Shown: one piece after another, positions 1 to 12,479 of the stretch
Layout of the letters: every line of letters starts with the position of its first letter
Position numbering within the stretch: the stretch's first letter is position 1
Origin: Sminthopsis crassicaudata
Taxonomy: Eukaryota
DNA: 64,000 bases
Reading direction: 5' to 3'
NCBI RefSeq assembly: GCF_048593235.1
Contig: NC_133621.1
Coordinates: 227,871,238 to 227,935,237, forward strand
Made by a program: the position numbers and the translations under genes
Notes under the pieces: model-generated
What the model saw: the letters and a program-made list of their open reading frames with translations, nothing else
What the model was told of the DNA's origin: nothing
Databases searched by the model: none

Positions 1-454
1 TAGCTTTCCATCCCGGGACGTAGCAAGAGTCAAGCGCACAGTGTTAGCGCCGGGTCTGTGCTGAGAACAGTGTGCTAGGTGGGCCCTTGGGCCTGGAGTT
101 TTAACTATGTATTCCCTGCCCCAGGGAGCTTGCAGCCCAGTACTGGTATCAGATACAAACTCGCAACTATGGTAGCAAATAAAGTACGTGCCCGAGGTGA
201 GCAGTAGCTTGTAGGCGGCAGGGAAGACCTGACCGAGGAGGAGTAAGTTTGGCTTGGCCCTTAAAGATTAAGCAGGCGCTTCTTAAAGAATATGCCTTGG
301 AAGGCAGTCAAAAGACGGAATATACCAATGTATGCAGGAGAGCAGAGACACTGGTACATTGCTGGAGGAGCTGTAGATACTATTGGAAGGCAATTTGAAC
401 TGTCTTCACAGTTACTAAAGTAGTAATCTCCCATAATCTCAGGGTGATACTGAT

Positions 455-1790
455 ACTAGTATAACTCCCCAAAGAGATGAGCACCTACAAACTCAAAAAT
501 ATTGATAGAATATCTTTTTTTGTAGTAGCCCCAATTGAAATTAAGAGGATGTCATCCTGTTCAGAAACAGCCCGACAAACTGAATGTAATGGAATGTTGT
601 TCTGTCATGAGAAATCACAAAAGGGACAGTTTCAAAGGAAATTGGAAAGACATGTATGAACCGATGCGGTGTGAAGAGAGCCAAACCAGAGCGACTTGTA
701 CAATGATAACAGCATAGGGGGGAAAACCACTTAGAAAACCTTTAGAATTCTGATCAATGCAATGATAAACCCTAAATCCAAAAGAATGAGGATAAAACAT
801 CTTCCTCAGAAAGCTTAAAATAAAGAAAAATACATTTTTAGACATGTTCATTCAACGTGAAAATTTGTTTTGCTGGATTAGGCACTGAGGGCTTGATTTT
901 TCATTACTTTTTTTTTTATTTGCTCGAATGGGGAAGTAGAGGGCCATATTAATAGATTTTTTTCTTGAAAATGTGAGTATATGAATGTAATTGAATCATA
1001 TCATGCAGTGAGAAATGCCAAATAAAATGTAAGTCCTCAAGCATAGGTCTGATCATGTCATTGGTCAAAGGTGGAAAGCATACACACAAACACACAGAGT
1101 TGAGGACAGAAATACATTTCAGTCAACATAGAAAGAAGGAAAAGAAGAGAAGAGAAAGGGAGTGCATTTCTGGTGGGATTAGTTCTAAGCAAAATAAACT
1201 CTAAGGATGTACCAAAAAATCTATAGTTCTTTTTGAGATGGTAAAGAATGGCAATCTGTAGGGGTCTCATAAATTAGGGAATAGATGAACAAATGATGGT
1301 ATATAAATAAGATGAAATATTATTGTGCTATATAACAAATGGCAAAGGTAATTTTAGAGAAATTTGCAAAGATTTATATGAATAGAGGCAGAAGGAAGTG
1401 AACAGAAGTAGGAGAATAATTTATACAATGAAAACAATATGGCAAAGGCAAATGACTCTGAATGTCAGGTTTGGAACTCTAATTGGTTTAATGACCAATC
1501 ATAATCCCAGAGGATTAATGATGAAACATTTAACCATCTGCTGACTGAGAGATGAAGAACTCAAAGTGAAGGATGAGCTACATAAATTCTTTTGGATATG
1601 GACAATGTAGAAATTTTATTTGCTCAGTTATACATGTTTGTAACAAGAGTTTTGTTTTTCTTTCATTCAGCAGGATGGGGGAAGTGTTGGATGGGAAAAA
1701 GAAAAGATGGAGTTTTGTTGTTTAAAAAATTTATTGTAAAAATAAAAATGAAATTGAACATGAAGTAATGGAAAAACTAATGAAGGATAA
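455..1790 (+). mobile_element. Old L1 3'-region fragments (about 455-850 and 1255-1790)
   Basis: L1 end motifs (gaatgtaatggaat..., gaaagacatgtatgaac..., aataaaaatgaaa); boundaries approximate. Confidence 0.55.
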
Positions 1791-2901
1791 AGAAACAGAG
1801 AGATTGCTCTTATAGTAAAAAGGTTGTGGGGACTATTAAGATGGAATATTGCATAAGTTATCCATCTGTATCAGATCTTTTCCTTTATTTTGGTCATAAG
1901 GGAGAGCTTTATATGGATCTGGTGGGTGGAAGGAGACTAGTGTTAAGACAAAGGACAAAAAGCATTAATAAAATATATATGTAAATACTTAAATATGTAT
2001 ATATTTCCTACACATATATTTGCATATTTATTTTAATATTTGTATATGTACATATTTGAATGCCAGCATGGGTAGGAATACAACAAATGGATAAACTCAA
2101 GGTTAGGGAACAGAGAAGGAGAAAACATTTAAAGCCTAAGGATTATTATTTAGGAGAGTACATAATAGAAGGTTGGAAAGTGATTCTAGATTGTGGAGGG
2201 CCTTGAATGCTGGTCTTGTCAGTCAGTGTCTTTCAGGCTGAGGTGAGCAGGAGCCAGCTTTAATTGGCTCTAGGCTTTTCTCAGTTTTCATTGTGGGCAT
2301 TTATACCTCAGAAACCAGCAAATACTCCAAATTGAGGCTTGTTTTATTGTTTCTTTTTTTGATTGTCTAGATTTAAAAAAGTAATTGAGAAAATTACAAT
2401 AAGGTAGATTAAACTTTATAGTGTGTCTTATATTCTCTCCCCCATCTCCAAGTAAAACATATACCACTATTTTGCTGCTTTTAGGTCAAGTCAAATCATG
2501 TTGCTGAATTGAATTGAGTTGAAACAGAGATGAGGACCCAGGAAGAGATTTACTTTTTCCTCTCCTTCGCCAGGATGTTTCCCACTTTTCCCATCAGTTC
2601 TTATCAGGAAGGAAAATTTATTATTTTTTAAAAAGGCCCAGGGAAAGGACATGCTAAGGGAAAAAATCTAGAGATCATTTCATCTCTCTCCATCTGAGCA
2701 GGGCTATTATCCTGCCTCCTTCCAATCACTGGACAATCTCTTATTTTTAAAGATTCCTTCCTAACCTTTGTCTTTTCCCTCCCCCATTCCACAAAAAGGC
2801 TCAAATCTAATAAACACTACATATACTAGACACTTCGACGCTCTTCAGATATAAAGACAAAAGTAGCCTCCAGGAAGGCAAGATGTAAATAACTAGGTGC
2901 T

Positions 2902-3035
2902 GGGGTATCTGGGTGGCACAGTGGATAGAGCACCTGGTGTCAGGAGGACCCGAATTCAATTGTGACTTCTGACACTAACCAGCTAAGGGCAAGTCATTTA
3001 ACCCCAACTGCCTCCAAAAAAATAAACAAAAAAAT
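2902..3035 (+). mobile_element. WSINE1-like SINE
   Basis: tRNA-like head (gtggcacagtggatagagcacc), CORE fragment, A-rich tail, flanking aaataacta repeat. Confidence 0.8.
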
Positions 3036-3685
3036 CAAATAACTAAGCACATATAAGTTACATACAGTGTAAAACCAAAAGGTAATCTCACAGGAAGAAA
3101 GGCTCTAGTAGTTGTGGGTGGGGACCCAAGATTTCCTGCAGAACTGAGTATTAAAGGATACCAGGAACCAGGAGGTGAGGGAGTGGGGAGAAGGGAGGCA
3201 TTCTGGACAAGGGATAGAAAATGCCAAGCCACAGGGTCCATATATGGGAGAATCCTTGTGCAAACAAGATTGGAGTAGCTGGATCCTTGAGGACAAGATG
3301 GAAGAGATGAAGGAGAGAATATGAGGTTTGGCTGGGGGGGGGGGGAGGGAGGAGGTGGGGGGAAAGCCCAAGCAAAAAGCAGAATTGTGAATTAGGTTGT
3401 TTTGTGAGAAACAGTGAGAATTGGTGTGGAATCATGGGTGAGAAGACTGGAAGAACTTTAACTGCCAAACACGGGACTTTGATCCCGGAGGTTACTGAGT
3501 ATGAGGATGACTAGAGCTTTAGGCATCTGGACTGAGGATCGATGGTTGAGAGGAGAGTTGTTGGGCAGAGATTATTGCAATAATCCAGATAAGAGGTGAG
3601 GGGCTGGACTAGGATGTGAGACAAAAATGCCTAGTATCTAACCTGGTTTTTTGTCATTACAGATGACTGGAGGCAGATTAATAGG

Positions 3686-3686
<1 letters not shown>

Positions 3687-3728
<42 letters not shown>
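3687..3728. repeat. (TG)21 microsatellite
   Basis: Read directly. Confidence 0.98.
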
Positions 3729-3731
<3 letters not shown>

Positions 3732-6700
3732 TTGAGCTACACCAAACCCTGTTCAGAATAACTGTCTCGTCCCAAAGTTCAGTACCCATCATTGTTCCCA
3801 GGTTCTCTTGCCTTCCTTATTTGCTGTTAATTCTCCCTACCTTCCATGATGAAGGCAAAAGTGAGACTGTGTGTATGGAGAAATGGACATTGACAGATGA
3901 ATGCCCAGTGAAGAGAAAGCCCCTAACAGTTCCAAGGGCTGCCTATCTGGCCATCCTTGCCTCTATTCTGTCATTTTCTTTCCTACCTCATTTTGTCTTT
4001 GGCAGGGACTGAAAAATCTGGTCTTGCTTATGAAGGGGTGGGTCTACAGGGCCAAGCCAATTGGGCCTGAGAGTCCCTGACTCAGAGCTGGATTGGGGGA
4101 ACATGCTGCAGAGGTCACCCCTGAGGCCTTAGGAGAGGAGTTTATGGGTGTGGCTGGGACCTAGGGACCCTTGATTCTCATTATTCCTCAAGGAGAGGGG
4201 CCCAAGAAAATATGGTCATGCATTTTGGTCAGTCTTTGGAGAAGGGAAAGGCTGAGGGGAAAGGATGGGGGAGAACAAGAAAGGGGGAGAAAGCCTGGAT
4301 AGAGGGAGCAGCGGTTGGGAGGATATCCAAGAGAAGCTGAGCAGTAAGGACAAAGCATGTGGCAGGTCTGGGGCTGTCCTTTTTCTGCTCTTGCTAAGAG
4401 CCTGCTATTGCAGTGGATTAAGTCCTGGGCATGGGGATTAACTAAAACCTCTTGAAATCCTACCTCCTTTACTACCTGGGACTGACTTTGATTGAGGCAG
4501 CCTCTCTGGGCCTCCAAGTTTCCTTTTAGCTCTTCCTAGACATAGGAAGACTTGAGGTAAGTTACCTGATACTATCTGCTCACTAATTAGCTGGCTGTGT
4601 GGTCTTGAATAAGTCACTTCTCATAAGGTTTCAGTAAAACAGAGAACTTTCAGCACTAAGAATTTATAAGGCAGGAATGTTTATTGATTGAATTGGACTC
4701 ATTCTTCAGGGACACATTAACATTTCTCGAAAGCATGCTATCCCAGACCCCATCAGGAAATTCATTTATTCAACATCTCCTCAAGGACCAAACACTCTGT
4801 GCCAGTCACTAGGGCTAGCTCTAGGTTGGGATAACGATACCCTGACCTTCCAAAGAGAATCTAGTGGATATGGGATAAAGTCACCAGGAATCTGGGCCAA
4901 GATGGTGACAAGAGGTATAGCTTTAGCTTGGAGGAGGCTGCAGGGAGGAAGAATGGGGGTGAAAGTGGGTGGGGGGCAGAGATGACATAAAGAGTGCTAT
5001 AAGTGAGAGGAGGTAGTGGAGTGGTGGAGGTGAGGAGTGACTTGGCACTCTGGAATTCAGCTCAGAGCTGAGCCAGGGCAGGGGCAGGCAGTTGAATGGA
5101 TGCTGATGAGCTGATGCAGCCCATGAGGGGGGATTCAGGGGCCATCCCATCCCCATCCAATCTATGCTCACCTTTATTCCACAGAGGGCAGCCCACCTTG
5201 TCATAGCAGGAACATCCCCCGCTTCCATGATCTGGAGTAGGCACCTATTTCCCTGCAAGCACTTGTCTTGTTTTTCCAAAGACTGGTGAGGATCCCTGGT
5301 TCCACTGGCTGAGATGGGGAGAGTTCAGCAGAGTTGCTGAGAGGGAAACTGGGAAGTGGAGGGGAAGGGACTGAGCTGGCTCCAAGGGCGGATCTCCAAA
5401 CTGAAGACAAAGGCTGCATTGTCTGAAGGAAGAGTGTCCAGCTTGGCAGGTGGAGAGCAACACGGCTACATCCTCTCCATCTCTTCATCTCCTGAATCTG
5501 AGATCTAGAGTAAGGAAGGTGGAGTCTCGCCACCCCACCCCCAGCTCTATGGGCCATATTGTTGCTAGGAGACAAAATTTATTTGGCAAACACACTTTTT
5601 AGGAGCAGATGTGCAACCCTAGCAGCGCCCTGGGAAACCAGATGCTGTTGGCTGATGGAGTTAAGACAACGCCCCCAACTTCATGCTCTGGGGGACCATT
5701 GTGTCCTGGACATAAATTTTTTGGAAGGGAAGATGACCATCCAAGTGGGAAAGAATGTAGTCGATTGGCCCAAAGACATAACACCTTTATTAAGATTGCT
5801 CTATTCCTATGACATTCATTCTGAGAACAAAATCTGAAGCTCTGTAGGGCCTTAGAAGCTAAACATCTACAGACCCATAGATTGTGACTTTCCCAGACAC
5901 ATAGGCACTTAAGTAGCTGATCTGGGACCAGGACCAGGGATAATAGCTCCAAACTGGCTTATTTTTCATTTCTACCCATTATCAACCCAATTCCTAACCA
6001 GGCCAATATAGCTAAGGCTACAGAAAGACATTTATAAGTAGCTAAGGCTGGATTTAAGAGAGGTAGAAAGGTAGTGTTCTCCCTACTCATAACTTCAGGC
6101 TAGCCCTAAGCAGGAGCTCCCCTGGCTGGGGACACCACTGACCCTCTTAGAAGGGAAGTAACCACAAATGTCAGCAAGCCAAATGAAATCCATGGCTCCA
6201 GTCCCATCGCCCCAGCTCTGATGCCTGAGGTTTTCAATATTCCTTTCTTCCTCAGAATTATTTGTTCCTAACCTATCTTTGCCTCATTAGGTCACAAATG
6301 ATGCAGTTAACTGCAGTCTTGAATCTTGGCTTTTTATATGCAGACTGTCAACCTCTGGTTTCTATTGCAAGTGAGAGGGGAGAAAGTACCCCTTTTTTTC
6401 AGGTATTTGAAGATAAAAATGAAAATATGGAGAAAAAGAAGTTATGACTATGCTGATCACACACTCTCAAGAACTCCTGAGACTGAAATGGGCTGGAATA
6501 ACCTTAGAAAAGATATTCAAGGGCAACACCATGGGAAATAGGCAGAGACCAGTATTTAAATACTCTCAATTCCTAGTCTGCATTCTGAGATGCTGCTTAC
6601 AGTGGTCCTCTTCAAAGAACAGCATCCATTTGTAAGCTATGAGAATATGAACTTTCAGTAACTCAGGGGGGGAGGGGAAGAGGGGCGGGGGGGTAGTAGG

Positions 6701-6764
6701 ATGCCCATGTACCAAAAATTTATAAGCACTAAATGTGCAAATAAAAGAATTTCAGCATTAAAAA

Positions 6765-8837
6765 GGAACTTTAAAGATTAGGTTTATTTGGAGAAAACAA
6801 AACAAAACAAAACAAAAAACCCGGAAAAAAAAAAAAAAAACACCACCAAATCCCACAGCCCAAAGGATGGGGATTTTACATCATAAGACATCTCCCAGGT
6901 AGTAAGTCTACAGATTACAAATCATTTTCATAGAAGATATCTTTGTACAAATTTTACATGTCTTCAGGTGCTGGACGCAAATCAATCCTTGTACCTGGTC
7001 TAACAGAGGGAGCAAGAAGGGAAGTGGAGAGAACAGCTTCTTGGATACAACTATTTGGAAGGAGAGTAGAAATGAAGAGGGCAATCCCTACCTTATCAAC
7101 ACCTATGGCAGATGGGCGGTAACTGCCTAAGTCTGGATATGCCTTCTAAATGTCCACTTCCTAGCTAATGGCCAATCCATACCAATTACTCGTACTTAGT
7201 AATTTATTCAATTTGTCTACCTTTTATTTCCACCTTATAAAATGATTCAATATACCCACTGCTGCAGCCGCACAAACACCAGCCCGCCAACTTGGCTGGG
7301 CTGGGAACAATCTAAGACTGCCTGGAGAAGAATTGTGCGAGTATTAGAGACTGGGGTGGCATCCTCCTCTCATAGTTGCTAATATTTGGTGAAGGGGAAG
7401 AAAGTATCGACACTGAGCTGACCCTCACAAAGTTGCACATAAAATCAAGTACAATGGTCTTTTGTGTCGCAACAGAAACCAATGCCCTGTTGAGTAGTTC
7501 TCTTACAATCATCATTTATTCTCTCAGGGGAAGATAAAAAGCCACACACTGGTCTAGGCCACATAATAAATCTGAATATTAGTGTGGGGTTCCAGTGGAG
7601 AGAAGGACAAGTCCTAAAAACAACAATCATCAAAAGGAATGGAGAAAATGGCAGGGCAAAGACTATCAATTTAATAGCCTCTATCAATCCATTCCTTGTT
7701 CACCTGCTAAGATCACCTCTTCCAGTTTGCTGGTGCTCACAAGGGATCAAGGAAGCTGGTGCTGTCACAGACCAGGGTGAGGAACAAGGAATAGCAAGAG
7801 GGGTCAAAAGGGAGCAATGGGTGGCTCTTTGCTTTAATTGCAATTCAATTCCTCACCTGACAGCTCCCTGGTATCTGAGGCCCAAGAAATGACCTGTTAC
7901 ATGACATAAACAGAAGATGTTAGTTGGGAGACTGCAGAAAAGGGGAGTGGGTAGTAAGGAAGTACATAAGACTTTAACTGTACTTAAGGCCTGAAATTCC
8001 TAAGATTCAGGATTTGCAACAGTTTATGGATGAATCTAGAAGTTCCCACACCTATGTTCCAAGAAATAATTGCTTATCTGTTTCCTGGAGATTCTAACCT
8101 TTCACTGTTATCTGGTCCAAAAGGATTTACATCACCCTCAGAGCCAGATTTCCCTCCCCACTGCATCTGGTCACCAAGCAGTATGTCTTGTCCTCTCGGC
8201 ACCAATTCCCAACCACCCCCTTGGGGGGTAAAACTGGACTGACATTTCCCTCTGTTACTGGCCCCCAACAGCTTGGGATAAAATGAGAGGAGGGGGCTGG
8301 CAGCCTCCTGGAGACTAAAATAACCTCAGAGACTAGTTATCCTACCTTCAAGGATGGAAGTTTTATTCAGATAATGTTTCAGAATTCATATATGCCATAA
8401 TAAGATAGCAAGAATTAAGAGGGAGAAAACCCACCTCCTTCCTTGTATCTGTCCTATCGCCCAACCAGCTTTCAGAAACCAACACATTAATATTATTAAC
8501 GTTTCTGCTAAAAGGAGGACCTTAGGCACTAATCATACAGGCAGTTATATGGTGCTGCTAAAACACATCAGAACTTTTCCTTTAAAAAGCTGTACTTCTT
8601 TCTCTCTCTCTGGCTACACTGGTTGGAAATTCTCCAGTTAGTTTAATACTTTAAAGGCTGCAGCAGCATGCAAAAGAATTTCATTTTGTTTTCCTTTTTT
8701 TTCCTTAAAAAAAAAAAGTTAAGAAAGGTCTCCAGGAGATGGTGAGTTTTATTTTGTCTTGTCTGGATAGAGGTTTGATTTGCTCTCGAATGTTGCAGGT
8801 TGGTGAGAGACGGGGAGAAAGCACAAGATGTGGAGGT
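6765..8837 (-). other. EIF4B: EIF4B 3' UTR (~2.07 kb, end approximate)
   Basis: Largely repeat-free unique sequence between the stop codon and a minus-strand AATAAA. Length is similar to the human UTR as I recall it. Confidence 0.65.
6783..6788 (-). terminator. Probable distal poly(A) signal AATAAA of EIF4B
   Basis: TTTATT on the plus strand, preceded in the transcript by a long U-rich (TTTTG)n/T tract. Further minus-strand AATAAA hexamers occur at 7203-7208 and 7223-7228. Confidence 0.6.
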
Positions 8838-8918
8838 TTATTCGTTGTAGTCTTCGCCCTCGTTTTCATCCTCACCATCAACAGAGAGAGCTGCGTACTT
8901 GCTTGCAGAACTGAATTT
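8838..8918 (-). CDS. EIF4B: EIF4B exon 15 coding part with TAA stop
   Basis: tatag|KFSSASKYAALSVDGEDENEGEDYNE*. Confidence 0.97.
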   Translation of the reverse strand, partial: KFSSASKYAALSVDGEDENEGEDYNE

Positions 8919-8984
8919 CTATAAAGAATCAAGAGTGATCATTTTTTTTTGGGGGGGGGGATCTGATTTTTTTCTTGTGCAGCA

Positions 8985-9170
8985 TAAAATGTGGAAATAT
9001 GTTTAGAAGAATAACACATATTTAACCTATATTGGATTACTTAATGTCCAGGGGAGGAGGGATGGGGAAAGAGGGAGAAAAAAAAAAAATTGGAAAACAA
9101 GGTTTTGCAAGGGTGAATGTTCAAAACTATCTTTCCATGTATTCTGAAAAATCAAACATTATAAAAAAGA
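8985..9170 (+). mobile_element. L1 3'-end fragment in EIF4B intron 14 (antisense to the gene)
   Basis: attggattacttaatgtccaggggagg...gaatgttcaaaactatctttccatgtattctgaaaa. Confidence 0.65.
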
Positions 9171-9682
9171 CTCAAAGTGATGGTGTGGATGTATCACATG
9201 ACACGTGCTTTATGTAGGGACTAAGAGATTTTTCAATCATATCTCACTATCATTGGGATCATCTTAACACAAAAAATTAGTGAAATTCTGCCTTTATATC
9301 TCAAAAGGTTATTTGTACTGTAAAATATAGGCCTTGGCTAGTCAGATAGTGTCTGCTATCCTTTCCCTCTGTGTCTTTTGCCTTTTAGTATTACTGCCAA
9401 TTTTTCTTTCTTTCTTTTTAAAAGCTTTTTTCCCCATCTCAGAGGGTGGGAAAAGGGTTAAATATATTAAGCACTTTTAGTGTTCCTCATTCTATCCTCA
9501 ATAAGACTCAGAAACGTCAGTTCCAACAATAAAAAACAAAATAAAACAAAACACCAAATCCACTCCCATTTACTTTTATCATGGGTAAGCTAACTCAATT
9601 GAAAGTTATAAGGTCCCAAAGAAGTAAAATTTAAGAAAGATGCAAGCAAACAAAAACTAAAAATTAACACACTAATACTTAC

Positions 9683-9755
9683 AGAAGCCGGATTTTCTTC
9701 AGGTTTCTTTGGCTCAGATGCAGGTCTTGAGTCTTGATCTTTTCTGCCATCTTTC
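9683..9755 (-). CDS. EIF4B: EIF4B exon 14
   Basis: gcag|...|gtaagt; encodes RKDGRKDQDSRPASEPKKPEENPAS. Confidence 0.97.
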
Positions 9756-10310
9756 CTGCAAAAGGAAATGAAGGGGGGGGGGGGATAGAAATGAACATCC
9801 TCTTTTAGATACCTGTTATCCTCATTCCTGTACATTCTGAAATTTCTAATCTAAACCTGAAGTTGCCTAGTACAGATGTTACCGAATTTAGCAAAAATTT
9901 ATCCATGGGATCCTAGACTCATGGATGCTTAACTTTGGCAGTTACAATCTGAGACAGCAAAAGAGGCCACATTTGGACAGGCATGATTGAAAACACAAAA
10001 TAAAAGTGGGCTCAAAATCTCTACGCTTGGACAAGTTATCTTCCTGGTGTCTCAGTTTTCTCATCTGTAAGGTCAGAATTGAACTAAATGATCTTAACCG
10101 TCCTAAATCCTACAGTGGGATAAAATTAAGGTTTGTGTTGGGAATTATGGTTTCTTTGCTACAAAGCCATTCATTTATTTTTTTGTGTGATGTCAGACAA
10201 ATTCATGACAGAAAGGAAGCTGATTTTTTTGGGGGGTGGGGGTGGGGAAGGAGGTGTATGTTTCTGAGAAAGAGAGGAGAGAGAGAAAACACAGGAGAAC
10301 GCAACTATAC

Positions 10311-10416
10311 CTATCAGACTCCTTCCAATGGTCTTTGCTTCCTCCTTCCACTGGACCACGGTTGGAGTTCCCACTTTGGCCTTTCAGCATGCTCACCCCA
10401 TCTACCTTATTCTCAT
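10311..10416 (-). CDS. EIF4B: EIF4B exon 13
   Basis: gcag|...|gtatag; encodes DENKVDGVSMLKGQSGNSNRGPVEGGSKDHWKESD. Confidence 0.96.
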
Positions 10417-10883
10417 CTGCTAGAATAGAAATTACAAAATTATTGAAGAGAAGTAATCACTCACCCTATTTCTAAAGGCTTGGGTGAAGGGGAAAAAGTG
10501 GTTTAGAATGGACATGACCCCCTTAAATCAATACTTGAATGGATTAATTAAAGGTTCCTTCTCACTCTCTTTCAAAAAAAGCCATGACATTTTAAAGTGA
10601 CCTTGGCTTTGGTCTTTCAATTCTGACTGAGAATGTTCATTTCCTTCCCTTTGTTTTTTCTTCCTCCCTCAGAGATGAATGTTCTACCAGGAAAGGGCAG
10701 GGCCCTGGACTGTCTCAAGAGAGCTTTCCTGCCCTCTAGTGTCAAGCAAAAGGCACTGACCAGGCATCAATCAGTAAAGCCTTAGGGGATAGGGAGGCAT
10801 TTTATGTAGGTTAAAGCTAAAGATTTATTTATTTATTTAAATTTAAACTAGTTAAAGAACTATTTCCAGCAAATATACCTTAC

Positions 10884-10945
10884 CTTTCCTTGAAATATTA
10901 GTTGGTCCTTCCTCAGACTGCTGGGATGTTACTTTTCCTCCACCA
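10884..10945 (-). CDS. EIF4B: EIF4B exon 12
   Basis: tctag|...|gtaag; encodes SGGGKVTSQQSEEGPTNISRK; phase 2 to phase 1 fits both neighbours. Confidence 0.94.
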
Positions 10946-11299
10946 CTAGAAAAAAACAGACATTAAAGATTTATCAAAATTGTCCAAGAAGACCTATGTG
11001 GTAAAATTTAGAAATATGGTGAACATTACAACGAATATCATGATATTTAAAAGAAAAGGGAAGTTAACATGGTAATCATTGCTAATGTTTTATCAGGGGC
11101 AGTTGGTGACACAATGGATATAAGTGTTTGAACTCAAATCTAGCCTAAGACACTTCCTAGTTTGTCTAAGCCCAGGAAAGTCTGTTTTCTATTGTAAAAG
11201 CAGCTGTTTCAGAAAGATCAATCAGGATATTTGTAAGGCGCTTAATATATAGTCCCAGTCCCAAAATGCTTTTATCCTCTCCTGTTTTCCCCCCTTTTG

Positions 11300-11415
11300 T
11301 GAGGCACTTGGGGTTAAGTGACTTGCCCAAGGTCACACAGCTATAAGTATTATGGATCTAAGATTGGATCTGAATTCCAGGGCTAGTACTCTATCCACTG
11401 CACCATCTAGCTACC
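11300..11415 (-). mobile_element. WSINE1-like SINE in EIF4B intron 11
   Basis: Reverse complement of the SINE consensus (ggggttaagtgacttgcccaaggtcacacag...tccactgcaccatctagct). Confidence 0.8.
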
Positions 11416-11515
11416 ACTACATTTTTACTGGTAATCTTAAATCTGTGGTATTATAGCATCAATAAAATAGCCATCATCAAGGAGACCCCAATCCCCACAG
11501 CTGAGCCAGACTCGC

Positions 11516-11735
11516 CTTGTGGGAGACTGCTGCTCTGAAGAATCTGAGCTCTGAGACCGCGCAGGAGGGTTGGAGCTCCGCTTCACCCAGGCATTTTCCT
11601 TTGGTGGGGGTGCGGGCATCACCTTTAAGGGAAGCTGATCTGATTTAGAAGGCTTGGAGGTTGGAGACTGAGAGTCCTCTTCTTTGTTGAATGTTTCATT
11701 GTCTAGGGATTTCTCACTCTCCCTCCTTCGTGTGT
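11516..11735 (-). CDS. EIF4B: EIF4B exon 11 (ends at a GC donor)
   Basis: acag|...ACAAG|gcgagt; encodes NTRRRESEKSLDNETFNKEEDSQSPTSKPSKSDQLPLKVMPAPPPKENAWVKRSSNPPARSQSSDSSEQQSPT. Confidence 0.95.
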
Positions 11736-12387
11736 CTGTAGGGACAGTATGATATTAACCCATCAACAAAAAGGGTACAAGCTCATCACAGTGACTTTGT
11801 TTCCTTTCTATCTATTAATGTTACAGCAGGATGATAAATACTTCACAATCAATTTCAATTTTTTCTCATTACTGTTTCCAAGAATATTGTCAATGTAAAA
11901 ATATTTAAAAGAATAAATAATAAGTAGTAAGGTACTACTTAGTATTGGTAAGCCACTATGATTACTGGCCTTATTTTATAGATGACATACACTCTGACCT
12001 ATAAAACTAGGGTTTATATCTGAAAAAGAAGCTATTTTTAAAAAGAACATACTTCTAGCAAACTCCGACAATATGCATAAAATATTGACATACAACTTCA
12101 GCTTTGAGGCCTGTTTTATATATTCCCAAATATGAAACATTTAGATGGAGAAACTTAAACATGGTATATATAGACTTGGGAAAGAAAGCACTGCAATACA
12201 TTAAACTCAATAACTGAAAAAGTTTATTCTAAATAAGCTCTAGTATTTGGGAATACTAATTAAAACATGTTCTTTGGATAATCTGTATAGATTTCAGTTC
12301 TGCATGCTATTCCTGGCTTCAAAAAATACAGAAAACCAAGTTGGTCACAAGGTACATTTTCCTTCTTTTTATCTGGTTTTAACTTAC

Positions 12388-12479
12388 TTCTGCCAGAAGG
12401 AGCTGTATTTCCAGTCTGTGAAGACTCACTTCCTGTCCTTGATCGTTCCTGAGTTTCTTCACTTCGCCAACTTGGGTGT
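12388..12479 (-). CDS. EIF4B: EIF4B exon 10 (phosphosite motifs RHPS and RSRTGS)
   Basis: atag|...|gtaagt; encodes RHPSWRSEETQERSRTGSESSQTGNTAPSGR. Confidence 0.97.

Noticed and set aside
10006-10428. 140-aa plus-strand ORF
   Set aside because: Antisense to exon 13 and begins in MIR-like sequence; no homology recognised.
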